Below are positions 47,349 through 57,921 of a stretch of 64,000 nt of DNA, piece after piece. Under the pieces are notes generated by a model, which saw nothing but the letters and a program-made list of their open reading frames with translations, did not search any database and had not been told where the DNA came from. Source of the stretch: Nitrospirota bacterium (GTDB lineage Bacteria > JACPQY01). The DNA lies in the NCBI GenBank assembly GCA_016180645.1, contig JACPAV010000002.1, positions 300,628-364,627 on the forward strand, written 5' to 3'. A program made the translations under genes and the position numbers. Numbering within the stretch: the stretch's first letter is position 1; each line of letters opens with the position of its first letter.

Positions 47349-48850
47349 AGCTTCGCGAGGGCTGCGGCGTATTCGGCATCTATTCTCACAGCGAGGCCGC
47401 GAACATGACCTACCTCGGCCTGCACGCCCTCCAGCACCGGGGTCAGGAGAGCGCCGGCATCGCCACGGCGGACGGACAGAGAATCATGACCCACCGAGGC
47501 ATGGGCCTCGTGGCGGACATCTTCGATGAAGACACCCTGGCGAAGTTGCACGGACACCACGCCATCGGTCATGTGCGCTATTCGACGGCCGGAAGCAGCG
47601 ACCTCAAGAACGCGCAGCCCCTGCTCGTCACGTCTTCCAAAGGCGCCGTCGCCCTCGCCCACAACGGCAATCTCGTCAATTACGAAATCATCCGCAACGA
47701 ACTGGAAAACCACGGAGCCATCTTTCAATCCTCCACGGACACCGAAGTGATCGCGCATCTGATGGCCATCTCCCAGCAAGAGAAGCTCATCGACCGGATC
47801 ATATCGGCCCTGTCCTACGTCCGGGGGGCCTTCTCGCTCGTGTTTCTGACCGAGAAGGCGCTGATTGCCGCCCGTGACCCGCAGGGATTCCGCCCGCTCG
47901 TCCTGGGAACGCTCGGTGATTCGTATGTCGTCGCCTCCGAAACCTGCGCCTTCGACCTCATCGGCGCGAAATTCGAGCGCGAGATCGAACCCGGCGAAAT
48001 CATCGTGGTGGACGAATGGGGCCTCAACAGCCTCAAGCCCTTCACGCAGCAACAACACGCGAAATGCGTGTTCGAGTTCGTCTACTTTGCGCGACCGGAC
48101 AGCACCATCTTCGGCCGCAATGTCTATGAAGTGCGCAAGGAGCTTGGCCGCCAGCTCGCGCGCGAGGCTCCCGTGCCGGCCGATCTCGTGATGGCCGTGC
48201 CCGATTCCGGTGTGCCCGCCGCCATCGGATTCGCGGAAGAATCCGGGATCCCGTACGAAATAGGAATGATCCGAAATCACTACGTCGGCCGCACCTTCAT
48301 CGAACCCCAGCAGAGCATTCGCAACTTCGGCGTGAAGCTGAAACTCAATCCCATTCCGCACGTTCTCAAGGGAAAGCGTGTGATCGTGGTCGACGATTCG
48401 ATCGTACGGGGCACCACGGGCCGGAAGATCATGAAGATGCTCCGCCACGCCGGCGCGCGGGAAGTCCACGCCCGCATTACCTCTCCGCCCTTCGCCTGGC
48501 CCTGCTATTACGGCATCGACACACCCACCCGGAAAGAGTTGATCGCCGCGGTGCATACCATTGAAGAAATGAACCAGTTCCTGACAAGCGATTCTCTCCG
48601 CTACCTCAGCCTGGACGGTCTGCTGAAAATCGCCGCCAAGAACGATATCGAAGGGTTCTGTCGCGCCTGCTTCTCGGGGCAGTATCCCGTGAAAATTCCC
48701 CAACCCAGCACAGTGGAACAGATCCCGCTTTTCCGGGGCCACGCCAAAACAAACGGCGAATCCCCGGGGGCGAGAGAGGAAAAGCCGCCCGTCCCGGCGG
48801 AAACGCCGGTCGCCAAGGAAAAAGGCACCCGCACGGATTTTGTCTACTGA
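47339..48850 (+). CDS. purF: Amidophosphoribosyltransferase
   Basis: Propeptide + [37 protein letters not shown]. Confidence 0.97.
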   Translation: MALELREGCGVFGIYSHSEAANMTYLGLHALQHRGQESAGIATADGQRIMTHRGMGLVADIFDEDTLAKLHGHHAIGHVRYSTAGSSDLKNAQPLLVTSSKGAVALAHNGNLVNYEIIRNELENHGAIFQSSTDTEVIAHLMAISQQEKLIDRIISALSYVRGAFSLVFLTEKALIAARDPQGFRPLVLGTLGDSYVVASETCAFDLIGAKFEREIEPGEIIVVDEWGLNSLKPFTQQQHAKCVFEFVYFARPDSTIFGRNVYEVRKELGRQLAREAPVPADLVMAVPDSGVPAAIGFAEESGIPYEIGMIRNHYVGRTFIEPQQSIRNFGVKLKLNPIPHVLKGKRVIVVDDSIVRGTTGRKIMKMLRHAGAREVHARITSPPFAWPCYYGIDTPTRKELIAAVHTIEEMNQFLTSDSLRYLSLDGLLKIAAKNDIEGFCRACFSGQYPVKIPQPSTVEQIPLFRGHAKTNGESPGAREEKPPVPAETPVAKEKGTRTDFVY

Positions 48851-48875
48851 GAGCGGGCCCCAAGGTCCACACGTT

Positions 48876-48934
48876 GTAGGGGAGCATCTTCAGATGCTCC
48901 CTCTTGACGGGAGGGTCTGAAGACCCTCCCCTAC
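48876..48934. repeat. GTAG-type REP doublet
   Basis: GTAGGGGAGCATCTTCAGATGCTCCC..GGGAGGGTCTGAAGACCCTCCCCTAC; same family as 39946-40002. Confidence 0.8.
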
Positions 48935-48944
48935 GTATCCGGGA

Positions 48945-49508
48945 ATGCGTTCCGAAATCCGACAAGTCTCCCGGCTCCGCACGCTCCTCAAGACAATCGC
49001 CCTTCAGCGCGGACCGTTCGTCCTCTCCTCCGGCAAGACCTCCAGCTACTATTTGGATTGCCGCCGAGTAACGCTCGACCCGGAAGGCGCTTTCCTGATT
49101 GGCAGCCTCCTGTTCAATCGCCTGACACAGGGCCGACCCAAAGTCGCCGGAGTGGGTGGACCGACCATGGGCGCCGATCCGATCGTTTCCGCCATCACCG
49201 TGATCAGTCAACTGAAGAAAAAACCGCTGGGTGGGTTCTACGTACGAAAAGAGCCCAAGAGTCATGGGATGGCTCAATGGGTTGAAAAGTCGGGACGCCT
49301 CCGCGTGGGCGCCAAGGTAGCCATCGTGGAAGACGTGGTCACGAGCGGCGGATCGATCGTGAAAGCCATCGAACGCGCGCGGCTGGATGGCTTCCATGTG
49401 GTCCGGGCCATGGTCGTGGTGGATCGGGAGGAAGGAGGCCGCGAAGCGGTCGAAGCCGCCGGCATTCCCCTGGAAAGCCTGTTCAAGGTGGGCGAGCTGC
49501 TGAAATGA
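48945..49508 (+). CDS. pyrE: Orotate phosphoribosyltransferase
   Basis: FVLSSGKTSSYYLD, VRKEPKSHG, IVEDVVTSGGS, VDREEGG. Confidence 0.95.
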   Translation: MRSEIRQVSRLRTLLKTIALQRGPFVLSSGKTSSYYLDCRRVTLDPEGAFLIGSLLFNRLTQGRPKVAGVGGPTMGADPIVSAITVISQLKKKPLGGFYVRKEPKSHGMAQWVEKSGRLRVGAKVAIVEDVVTSGGSIVKAIERARLDGFHVVRAMVVVDREEGGREAVEAAGIPLESLFKVGELLK

Positions 49509-49651
49509 AAGACTGTCAGCTTTCAGCATGCAGCCATCGGCCCCAAGCCAGGAGGGCCTTCCCTTGTTGAATGCCGAAGCGGCCAAGGTGCGCGCCATGA
49601 ACCGGAACAACTGCGCACCATGAGCGGAATACGCAACGATGCGGACATTAG

Positions 49652-51883
49652 TCAAGGAGACAATTTCCTCTGCCCTGCCTTCAACCGTTTTGCAGCGGCA
49701 AGCAACCTCCGTATTTCCACGGAGTCTGGCTGTATTCGTAGGGCTTCCGTGTAATGGTATATGGCTTCTTCACGCCTCCCCTGTTCACCTAGAAGGTTGG
49801 CTAGATTAATGTGTGCCACCACGTCTTCTGGCTTGCTTTGAATGGCCTTCTGGTAATGTTTTACAGCCTCTTCCACGTTCCCGCGCTCGGCCAGGAGATT
49901 TCCCAAGTTATTGTGGGACTCAACATGATCAGGATCGAGTCGGAGCACCTCGGAGTAATGCGCCATGGCCTCGTCAACCTTGCCCTGCGCGAACAAAGCT
50001 ACTCCCAAACTATAGTGGGCGTCCTTGTGATCGGGTCTTATCCGTAGTGCTTTCCTGTAACAAACGATGGCTTCTTCAACCTTGCCCTGCCTGGCCATAG
50101 CAATACCAAGATTAACGTGAGCATTGGCAAAGTTCGGAGCAGTTTCAATGGCCCTCTGGTAATGTTTTACGGCCTCTTCCACGTTCCCGCGCTCGGTCAG
50201 GAGATTTCCCAAGTCATTGTGTGTCTCAACATCTTCAGGATCGAGTCGGAGAATCTCGGAGTAATGCGCCATGGCCTCGTCAACCTTGCCCTGTCGTATG
50301 AGCAGATTCCCTAGCCTGTGATGAGCCTTCCGATAGGTTGGTAAGATGCTTAGAGCGTAAATATAATGAGCGACAGCTTTGTCCGGTGCACCTTGCCTCT
50401 CGGCTGCAACGCCCAAGTTGTAGTGCGTTCTCACACTACTTGGGTCAAGCCGCAGGGACTCGGAGTAATGCGCTATGGCCTCATCAACCTTGCCCTGTCG
50501 CATAAGCGCAGCTCCTAGGCTGTTGTGCGCGGGGCTCGATAGCGGCGCTTTCTTGACCGTATCTTCGAAAAGAGACAGTTCAGAAGCCCACAATCCACTC
50601 CGTTCGAATGTAGCAATCAACAAGGGCAATATGAGTACTCCTAGAAGAAACGGAACCGAAAACGCTTTTGAAAGCTTACAGATCATGGATTGGAGGAGCA
50701 GGACTAATCCTATCGAAGGCAGGTAGATGCGGTGTTCGAACACTAAAGCCAGTTGGGGATGGAACACCTCGACGCCGCTGGCTACCAAGAAAAACAACCA
50801 ACCAAAGGATGCGGAGGGCCAACGCCTTGACAAACACCCCGTTACGACGACACTTGCGAGCAGCAAGACCAATGCTGTTGCCGTAGTGGGCGGATCCCCT
50901 AAAGAAGTAGATAGAGGAAAATCATGCACAACGCTGAGCCTACTTGGTGCGGGAAATAGAAAAAGAGAGATATAGTACCACAGCGCCCTAGCCTCTGTTA
51001 GCCACCTTTCTAGTAAGGTCCACTCCTTGCCCTCAACGGTCGATCCAGTTTCAAGAGACACAACAAGCTGTGTGACTCCGGCCCGGAACTCAGCTGAGGA
51101 AATGAGCAGTAGCACACCCGGTATGAACCAAAGGATAGTCCTACGAAGTGCGGTCTTCACGTCGGTTTTGAGGAGCATGACTTCACTCAAGAACAACACC
51201 GCAGGGAATGACACAGCCAACTCTTTGGTACCCAAGGCGAGAAGGTAGAGAACGCAGGCAAGTGCGAAGAAATGGTGGCACCCGGGTCGAGGCCCAAGCC
51301 TAGCGCGGAGATAACACACCAGGGACCATATGTAGAAGGCCGCGCAGAGGGAAGTCATTCGCTGGACAACATATGCTACAGCCTGGGTTTGGACGGGGTT
51401 GAGGGCCCAGATTAGAGTAAGTACTAGAGGTATACCAAACTTCGATGGAGTGTTGCCATCTTGGTCTACAACATGACGCACAAAGTACAATAGAAGGAAA
51501 AGGCCGATCGAGGCTCCAACATGGATCAGGATGTTGGTTACATGATAGGTAACAGGATTCAACCCTCCAAGGCGGTAATTGAGTACAAATGTGAGATTTG
51601 CAATAGGACGAGGGGCGGCAACCGTAGGGCTGCGTACCATCGCACGCCACAAGGCGCCTGGGCTAATATCATCCAAGTGCAGCGCGTAGTTGTCGACAAT
51701 ATTACCGCTATCATCATAGACAAACGGACCGAACAAGGCAGGCCAATACGCGAGAAAAACAAGAAGTGTAAGAGCTATGATACTGGCGATGGCTTTTCGC
51801 CAAGATCTCAACTCTAGGAGATCAAAACCTCCATCTGCTGTGAGCTGTCCGCCCACGCTTTTCGGAGAAATAGACTCCCCCAA
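49652..51883 (-). CDS. TMTC-like membrane glycosyltransferase with C-terminal TPR array
   Basis: FVYDD, RP, YHVTNILIH, P.QTQAVAYVVQR, KE, EHRIYLPS, then about eight TPRs. Confidence 0.85.
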   Translation of the reverse strand: MGESISPKSVGGQLTADGGFDLLELRSWRKAIASIIALTLLVFLAYWPALFGPFVYDDSGNIVDNYALHLDDISPGALWRAMVRSPTVAAPRPIANLTFVLNYRLGGLNPVTYHVTNILIHVGASIGLFLLLYFVRHVVDQDGNTPSKFGIPLVLTLIWALNPVQTQAVAYVVQRMTSLCAAFYIWSLVCYLRARLGPRPGCHHFFALACVLYLLALGTKELAVSFPAVLFLSEVMLLKTDVKTALRRTILWFIPGVLLLISSAEFRAGVTQLVVSLETGSTVEGKEWTLLERWLTEARALWYYISLFLFPAPSRLSVVHDFPLSTSLGDPPTTATALVLLLASVVVTGCLSRRWPSASFGWLFFLVASGVEVFHPQLALVFEHRIYLPSIGLVLLLQSMICKLSKAFSVPFLLGVLILPLLIATFERSGLWASELSLFEDTVKKAPLSSPAHNSLGAALMRQGKVDEAIAHYSESLRLDPSSVRTHYNLGVAAERQGAPDKAVAHYIYALSILPTYRKAHHRLGNLLIRQGKVDEAMAHYSEILRLDPEDVETHNDLGNLLTERGNVEEAVKHYQRAIETAPNFANAHVNLGIAMARQGKVEEAIVCYRKALRIRPDHKDAHYSLGVALFAQGKVDEAMAHYSEVLRLDPDHVESHNNLGNLLAERGNVEEAVKHYQKAIQSKPEDVVAHINLANLLGEQGRREEAIYHYTEALRIQPDSVEIRRLLAAAKRLKAGQRKLSP

Positions 51884-51906
51884 GTTAGGGCGGACGGAGC
51901 TATAGG

Positions 51907-54432
51907 CTACTTCCCCCGTTCTATCACCTTGATGGTATCTGTCACCGAGAACGTACTGCCAGTAGTAAGTTGGCCCTGAATCTGAATCGTTGCGTCACCC
52001 TCGCCAAAGCCGAGACCTTTAAGAGCGCTGATGAGCGCTTGACGACTGAACTGAACCTTCAAATCTTGTACGCCATTTCCGTTCGCATCAGCCAACTCAA
52101 CAGGCTTGTTGAAAGGAGACAACGCAGCGATTGCCTGACTATTTACGGCATTCAAAGTCAAGGTTGCCACAACAATCTGGGACGAGTCTCCTCCTTGTGT
52201 TACCTCAAGAACAGCAGTGACAGGATTACCCTGGCTCCTAATATTCAGAGTATTCGGATCAATATCCAGAGCCACAACAAGCTGGGAAGGTGGAGGAGGC
52301 ACATTCAGCACAGTTACCTGAACGCTCCCACTGGTCACCCCACCTTGACCATCGGAGACCTGCACCGTAATTGTGATTGTCTGGTCAGCATCAACCTGGG
52401 GAGATGTCCACATCGGATTTTGCAAAGAGGGATTTGAAAAGGTGCCCGCTGGAGCCGACCACAAGAACGACAAGGGATCCCCATCGGGATCGGACGCCTG
52501 TACGGATAGACTGACAGTTCCACCCTCATTGACAGTCGTTGGATCCGCCGAAGGACCAGAGGTGATCACTGGAGGGTTATTGGGAAGAGGACATTCTTGA
52601 ACCTCGGACGAAACTGTATCGGATACAATGGCTGATGTGGGACTCGGACTCACCGTGGTGGCGGTAATTCCAGAAGATGTCGGTTGTGCACCTGCGAGCG
52701 TGTTCGTTACCGTAGCCAAAGTATCGCCGAGTGGAGGGCAGATCGGTACGTTACCGCCAGCGTCGACGTTGAGAACAACGACGCCACTCCCGAAGCCAGA
52801 CACGGCAAAGCCACCCCCGACCGTATGGACGATCTCCGTTGCAAAACCAAACGACACGAGGTTGAAGACCTTCTGCCACTCTGCGTTGCCGGCGGCGTCA
52901 AGCCTCACAACCCAGGCGTCGGTGTCGCCAGCGTCGAATGAATCGGTCCGACCAGCAAACGCAAATCCTCCGCCTACCACGTTGACTATGGAGAACGCCA
53001 CATCCATGCCACTGCCACCATACGCCTTCTGAGACATCACATTCCCTGCCGAGTCAATCCGTAAAACCCAGGCGTCAGAGGAACCGGCCCCGAAGGATCC
53101 AGTGCTACCGGCAACTGCAAACCCACCATCGGATGTCTGCACGATCGACTGCCCAGAATCGCCAGCGGCTCCACCATATGCCTTCTGCCATATTACGTTC
53201 CCAGCTCCATCAAGCCTCACAACCCAGGCGTCACCAATCCCGAAAGATGACGTGGAACCAGCAACCGCGAACCCCCCATCCATGGTCTGAACAATGGATT
53301 GAAAGCCATCCGCGCTCGGTCCGCCAGACGCTCGCTGCCATATGATGTTTCCACTTCCGTCCAACCTCAGAATCCAGCCACGCAAAACACCACCTGGAGC
53401 AAAAGATGTTGCTTCGCCAGCAACCGCAAACCCACCATCCCCCGTTTGAACAATAGACCGGGCGGCATCAAAGGTGCTGCCACCATATGCCTTCTGCCAT
53501 ATTACGTTCCCAGCTCCATCAAGCCTCAACACCCAGAAGTCAGCATTACCTGCGCCAAAGGATTCTGTATGCCCGGCCAAGGCAAACCCACCATCGGATG
53601 TCTGCACGATCGACTGCGCAAAATCGGCAGCGGCTCCACCATATCTTTTCTGCCATATGACGTTGCCTGATGGATCGAGCCTAACCAGCCAGAGATCGTT
53701 TGGACCCGCCACGACACTTGCTTCGCCAGCAACCGCAAATCCTCCATCTCCTGTCTGGACAATAGACCAACCTCGCCCACCAAACAGTTGAGGAGTAAAC
53801 ACTTTCGCGAAGGGGGGATCGTTAATTTGTGTCGTTTCAACCGACTTGATTTCCACGATCGGAAAAAGCAGTAGGCCTTGGCCTTGTCTTTCGACAACCG
53901 ACCTTTTCGCATCAAAATCGAGGGTGATAGAAAGCTGTTCACCCTTTCCCACGCCGTAGGATGTTTCAAAGTCAACGCTAACACGAGTACCGGTAGGTAC
54001 GTCAACAGGTACCCGCTGGCCACCAACGACAGCAGTTGCTGAAGAAACGCCAAACCCAATTCCAATCAACGTGCCCTGTCCGAGACCCACACTGCCAAGT
54101 TTCAGGGTCTGTCCATTTTGCAGAGATAGAAGCTCAACCTGTGTCTCGCCACTTATACGGATCCATTGAGACCCGGTGCCGGATGCACGGAAATGAATCA
54201 AGAGCTCAGAGAGCGTGACTGAAAGAGCTTCCAAATCAGCCGGAGCATCCGTCAATTTGACAACGATGCGCGATTCGCCGGTGAGGTTTTTTCCATCCAC
54301 GATTTCGCCAGGCGTGATTTCGCCGGGCGTATTGCTACCTGAATTCGTACAGCTCAGCCCAAGCAAGCTGAGAACAAGCAGAACATAGGAAGAGAGGGAA
54401 AACCCCTTGGAGATGGAACGCTCACCAGTCAT
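51907..54432 (-). CDS. Lipoprotein with DUF4382-like domain, beta-propeller repeats and PKD/Ig-like domain
   Basis: Lipobox LGLSC; VKLTDAP and LDFDA; about seven WQKAYGG..SIVQT.DGGFAVAG repeats; NNPPVITS..ASDPDGDPL. Confidence 0.75.
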   Translation of the reverse strand: MTGERSISKGFSLSSYVLLVLSLLGLSCTNSGSNTPGEITPGEIVDGKNLTGESRIVVKLTDAPADLEALSVTLSELLIHFRASGTGSQWIRISGETQVELLSLQNGQTLKLGSVGLGQGTLIGIGFGVSSATAVVGGQRVPVDVPTGTRVSVDFETSYGVGKGEQLSITLDFDAKRSVVERQGQGLLLFPIVEIKSVETTQINDPPFAKVFTPQLFGGRGWSIVQTGDGGFAVAGEASVVAGPNDLWLVRLDPSGNVIWQKRYGGAAADFAQSIVQTSDGGFALAGHTESFGAGNADFWVLRLDGAGNVIWQKAYGGSTFDAARSIVQTGDGGFAVAGEATSFAPGGVLRGWILRLDGSGNIIWQRASGGPSADGFQSIVQTMDGGFAVAGSTSSFGIGDAWVVRLDGAGNVIWQKAYGGAAGDSGQSIVQTSDGGFAVAGSTGSFGAGSSDAWVLRIDSAGNVMSQKAYGGSGMDVAFSIVNVVGGGFAFAGRTDSFDAGDTDAWVVRLDAAGNAEWQKVFNLVSFGFATEIVHTVGGGFAVSGFGSGVVVLNVDAGGNVPICPPLGDTLATVTNTLAGAQPTSSGITATTVSPSPTSAIVSDTVSSEVQECPLPNNPPVITSGPSADPTTVNEGGTVSLSVQASDPDGDPLSFLWSAPAGTFSNPSLQNPMWTSPQVDADQTITITVQVSDGQGGVTSGSVQVTVLNVPPPPSQLVVALDIDPNTLNIRSQGNPVTAVLEVTQGGDSSQIVVATLTLNAVNSQAIAALSPFNKPVELADANGNGVQDLKVQFSRQALISALKGLGFGEGDATIQIQGQLTTGSTFSVTDTIKVIERGK

Positions 54433-54914
54433 GTATCCCCCTTTCGCCTAGAGCAGCTGTGTGACACGTGTTACGATCCGCCCGCGTATGCACAATTACT
54501 GCCCTTTCGTCCACAGTCTTCTCTTTTTTGTACCGAAGTTGGACGCGATCATATGGTTATCTCGTGGAGGAAAGTGGCGGTGCCGACCTCAGAACTGAGG
54601 AGAAGTTTCAGGCCGACGTCTATGGACCCACTGCCAAATCGACGCTTGCATGCCGCGCCAAGGATAACCAGGCTGAGAAGCAAGAGGCTAAACCCATGCC
54701 TGCTAACGAATCGCCCTGCCCTACTCCTGAACCTTTTTCCCAATCGACCTCACTTATCGTATCGTGTCCATCCGTGGGTCGACCAACTCTACCGTTTTTC
54801 TTTCGCTGATACCCGATTACCACGAGGGTGTAGTCTTGTCAAGCAAATTGGGCGCTTCGCGTCGGCACGTGTGCAACTCGCGCCGCCATCTGCCCCGAAG
54901 TTTGCCTCGGATCC

Positions 54915-55046
54915 GAGATTGCTTCACCCTCGTCCTGCCTGCCCACACCCACGCAGGCGGATCGTACAAACTGCTCGCAATGCCACCTTGTGTTGTCATT
55001 GCGAGGGAAGGTCCTCGACGTTAGTCGAGGGCCCCGTGGCAATCCC
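54915..55046. repeat. GTCATTGCGAG..GCAATC-type palindromic repeat pair
   Basis: gagattgcttc..ctcgcaatgcc followed by gtcattgcgag..gtggcaatccc. Confidence 0.65.
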
Positions 55047-55191
55047 GGACGAGTCGTCCGATAAACTCAAATTGTGACAGCAACAAGTAGGCTATCTATG
55101 ATTGTGGGGTCACTTGACATTTCGATGCACGGCTCTACTGTGGTTTTCACTGGGAAGTCGCGCACAACAGTCACTTGGAAAGGACGCGAAC

Positions 55192-56031
55192 ATGCGATTG
55201 CAAAACCAGGTAGCCCTCATCACCGGTGGGGGGGACGGGATCGGACGGGCGATCGCGAGAGCTTACGCGCGCGAAGGCGCCCGAGTCGTCATCTCCGGCC
55301 GGAGAGCCGAGAAGCTGGAAGAGACCAGAAGCCAGATTCTCGGCGAGGGGGCTGCGCCGGGACCCCATAGCGATTCTGCTCGCCGTCCCCGGAGCGAAGC
55401 GGAGGGGGCTGCGCCAGGATCGGTGGTCACGGTTCCGGGGGATGTTTCGAGCGAACCGGACGTGCGCGGGCTTGTGCAGGAAACGCTCCGGCAATTCGGC
55501 CGGATCGATATTCTCGTGAACAACGCCGGCATCATCGGTCCCACCGCTCCGGTCGAACAGGTTCGGACGGAGGAGTGGGACGAAGTTCAAGCCATCAATC
55601 TCCGTGGTCCCTTTCTCACCTGTCGTGAAGTCGTTCCCCTTATGCTGAAGCAGGATCGAGGCGTCATTATCAACATCGCGTCCGTCGCGGGACGCATCGG
55701 GTATCCCACCCGAAGCCCCTACGCCGCTTCGAAGTGGGGGCTGATCGGATTCAGCCGGACACTGGCTCTGGAGTTGAGCACCACCGGCGTTCGGGTGAAC
55801 TGCGTCTGCCCCGGTGCTGTCATGGGAGAGCGGCTCGCCACGATCCTCGGAAACTTCAATCGCATCATTCAGGATCAAGCGAACTCGCGGCTGAAGGCTG
55901 CCCTTTCTTACGTGAAAGCCTCGAAACTTCTCCCACCGGAAGAGATCGCTTCCGTTTGCGTCTTCCTCGCGTCCTCGGAGGCGGCGGGAGTGTCCGGACA
56001 GGAAATCGTTGTCGCGGGCGTGACGGGGTAG
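55192..56031 (+). CDS. Classical short-chain dehydrogenase/reductase
   Basis: TGGGDGIG, NNAG, YAASK, RVNCVCPG. Confidence 0.92.
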   Translation: MRLQNQVALITGGGDGIGRAIARAYAREGARVVISGRRAEKLEETRSQILGEGAAPGPHSDSARRPRSEAEGAAPGSVVTVPGDVSSEPDVRGLVQETLRQFGRIDILVNNAGIIGPTAPVEQVRTEEWDEVQAINLRGPFLTCREVVPLMLKQDRGVIINIASVAGRIGYPTRSPYAASKWGLIGFSRTLALELSTTGVRVNCVCPGAVMGERLATILGNFNRIIQDQANSRLKAALSYVKASKLLPPEEIASVCVFLASSEAAGVSGQEIVVAGVTG

Positions 56032-56038
56032 TTCCGCC

Positions 56039-56956
56039 GTGCGCATCGCCCTCTTCGGTCTGCCCAAGCGCGCTACACATTTCGTCCCGGTCCTCGTTCA
56101 GGAGAACTACAAGGTCGTCGCCCTGTTTCTTTCGGAGCCGCATGAGCCCTATTTTCCGCAGATCCAGGCCATTGCCGAGGCCTTCAAGATCCCCTGCATC
56201 TACCCGGCGGACGCCGCCGATCCCACGCTGCCGGGACGCCTCCACCAACTCGAGATCGACCTCCTCATCTCGATCAATTTCACCAAGCGCCTCCCGAAAA
56301 GCATTCTGAGCGCGCCTCGCCGCGCGGCGATCAATCTCCACCCCTCCCTCCTGCCCAAGTACCGGGGACCGAATCCCTATTTCTGGGTTCTTCGAAACGG
56401 CGAGCCCCGCACCGGCGTGACCGCCCACTACATGGAGGAAACCCTGGACACCGGGCCGATCATTCTCCAGAAAGCGATGGAGATCGAAGCCCATGAGACG
56501 TTGGGCGGTCTGCTTGGAAAACTGGAGGCCCTGGGTGAACAGGTCCTGTTGGACACTCTCCGACTTTTCAAGAGCCGGGATGACGTGCCTTCTTCGCCGC
56601 AGGATCCGGCCGAGGCCACGCTTGCGCCGCAAATCAAGGAGGAGGATTTGGTCCTCAATTTCGCCAACCCGACCGCCGATATTCTCCGCCAGATCCGTGC
56701 CTGCAATCCGGCCTATGGAGCGTGGACTTCACTCGACGGTCGGGCCGTCAAGTTCTTCTCGGCGTCGATGGTGCAGGGGGCGATATCGCTCGCCGCTCCA
56801 GGCACTTGTTTTCTACACGAGGGACATTTCCTCATTGCCACGGGGGACGGCGCGATTCGTCCGGAGGTGATTCTCCTGGAGGACGGCGGATTCTACTCCG
56901 CCGATTCGCTCGCCCGACTCGGTCTCCTCATCCCCGGCTCCCGCTTCGGCGCGTAG
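56039..56956 (+). CDS. Fmt/ArnA-like formyltransferase
   Basis: INLHPSLLPKYRGPNP, TGVTAH, LDTGPI; lacks the canonical Fmt FMGTP start, so the substrate is uncertain. Confidence 0.8.
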   Translation: MRIALFGLPKRATHFVPVLVQENYKVVALFLSEPHEPYFPQIQAIAEAFKIPCIYPADAADPTLPGRLHQLEIDLLISINFTKRLPKSILSAPRRAAINLHPSLLPKYRGPNPYFWVLRNGEPRTGVTAHYMEETLDTGPIILQKAMEIEAHETLGGLLGKLEALGEQVLLDTLRLFKSRDDVPSSPQDPAEATLAPQIKEEDLVLNFANPTADILRQIRACNPAYGAWTSLDGRAVKFFSASMVQGAISLAAPGTCFLHEGHFLIATGDGAIRPEVILLEDGGFYSADSLARLGLLIPGSRFGA

Positions 56957-56964
56957 GTCGGGGT

Positions 56965-57882
56965 TCAATCGCAGATCTGGAAGCCTTCCGCGGGGTAGTG
57001 GTACATGAGCGTCACGCACATCTCCTCGGGGAACTGGAGGATGTGGTCGGTCGTGTTGTCGAATTCGCACACCATTCGAAACCGGTCACCCTTTTCCACA
57101 CGCAGCGGCGCATCGACCGGAAAATTCATGATCGGCGGATCTCGCTGGAGTTGCGCGCCCGCCCCAACCTGTTTGTAGATCAACCTCTCCTCCCCCTGCT
57201 GGGTGAGCCAGAGCTCAAAATTCACACCCCACTGGTGGGTGTGGCCGAGGACCGTGATGATGCTGGACGTTCGTTCGGCGCTGCACGTTGCTTCGGAGCG
57301 GTGGGTTTTTCCCGGCTGGATCTGGAAACTACTCTCGTTGATCGCCCACGGAGCCGCAGAGGATAGCGCCGGAGTGGGATCGACCGTGTGGAGGTTCACC
57401 GTGTCAGTCTGAAGGGCCGCATCGCTCCCCGGGTTGATGTAGTGCGATTGGAGCATGATCTGCGATCCCCGCGGGACCAGGATGGCCACGTCCTTCGGCA
57501 GACGCGTCACGGCCGCCGGAACATCGCCTGAACCGCCGCCCGCCCCACCGACAAACATCAGCCAGGGAGCTGCCATGTCGAAATCTGCGCACACATGCGA
57601 AGTCGGATCGTACTTGATCGAGCTTCTATACACCGCCACGTGATGACCCGTTTTGCCACCGCTTTGACGCCCTTCGATGAGCGTGACGTACATGTCGTCC
57701 GTGGTCACCACATCCGTGTACGTGCAGACAAAGACTTCGGAATACGGCTCGATGCGCAGCTCGGGGGTATGCACTTGTATTCCGCGCGCCGGTTTCGCCA
57801 GTCCCTCCGAATCCTCCGAACAGGAAATCGACCCCATCATGACTAATGAGGTCACCAATAACGCAAGAAAAACACCTCTCAC
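56965..57882 (-). CDS. Copper type II monooxygenase-like (PHM/DBH-like) lipoprotein
   Basis: HHVAVY, LQSHYIN, GHTHQWG, EEMC; signal peptide ending ..SISC. Confidence 0.7.
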   Translation of the reverse strand: MRGVFLALLVTSLVMMGSISCSEDSEGLAKPARGIQVHTPELRIEPYSEVFVCTYTDVVTTDDMYVTLIEGRQSGGKTGHHVAVYRSSIKYDPTSHVCADFDMAAPWLMFVGGAGGGSGDVPAAVTRLPKDVAILVPRGSQIMLQSHYINPGSDAALQTDTVNLHTVDPTPALSSAAPWAINESSFQIQPGKTHRSEATCSAERTSSIITVLGHTHQWGVNFELWLTQQGEERLIYKQVGAGAQLQRDPPIMNFPVDAPLRVEKGDRFRMVCEFDNTTDHILQFPEEMCVTLMYHYPAEGFQICD

Positions 57883-57921
57883 ACCACCCTCCTTCCGGTT
57901 GGGAATCAGCGAATCAGGGAA

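Noticed and set aside
52800-53790. ~150-bp DNA repeats as a non-coding array or diversity-generating retroelement
   Set aside because: They are in-frame propeller repeats diverged at synonymous sites, and there is no reverse transcriptase. The TPR repeats at 49.8-50.5 kb are explained the same way.
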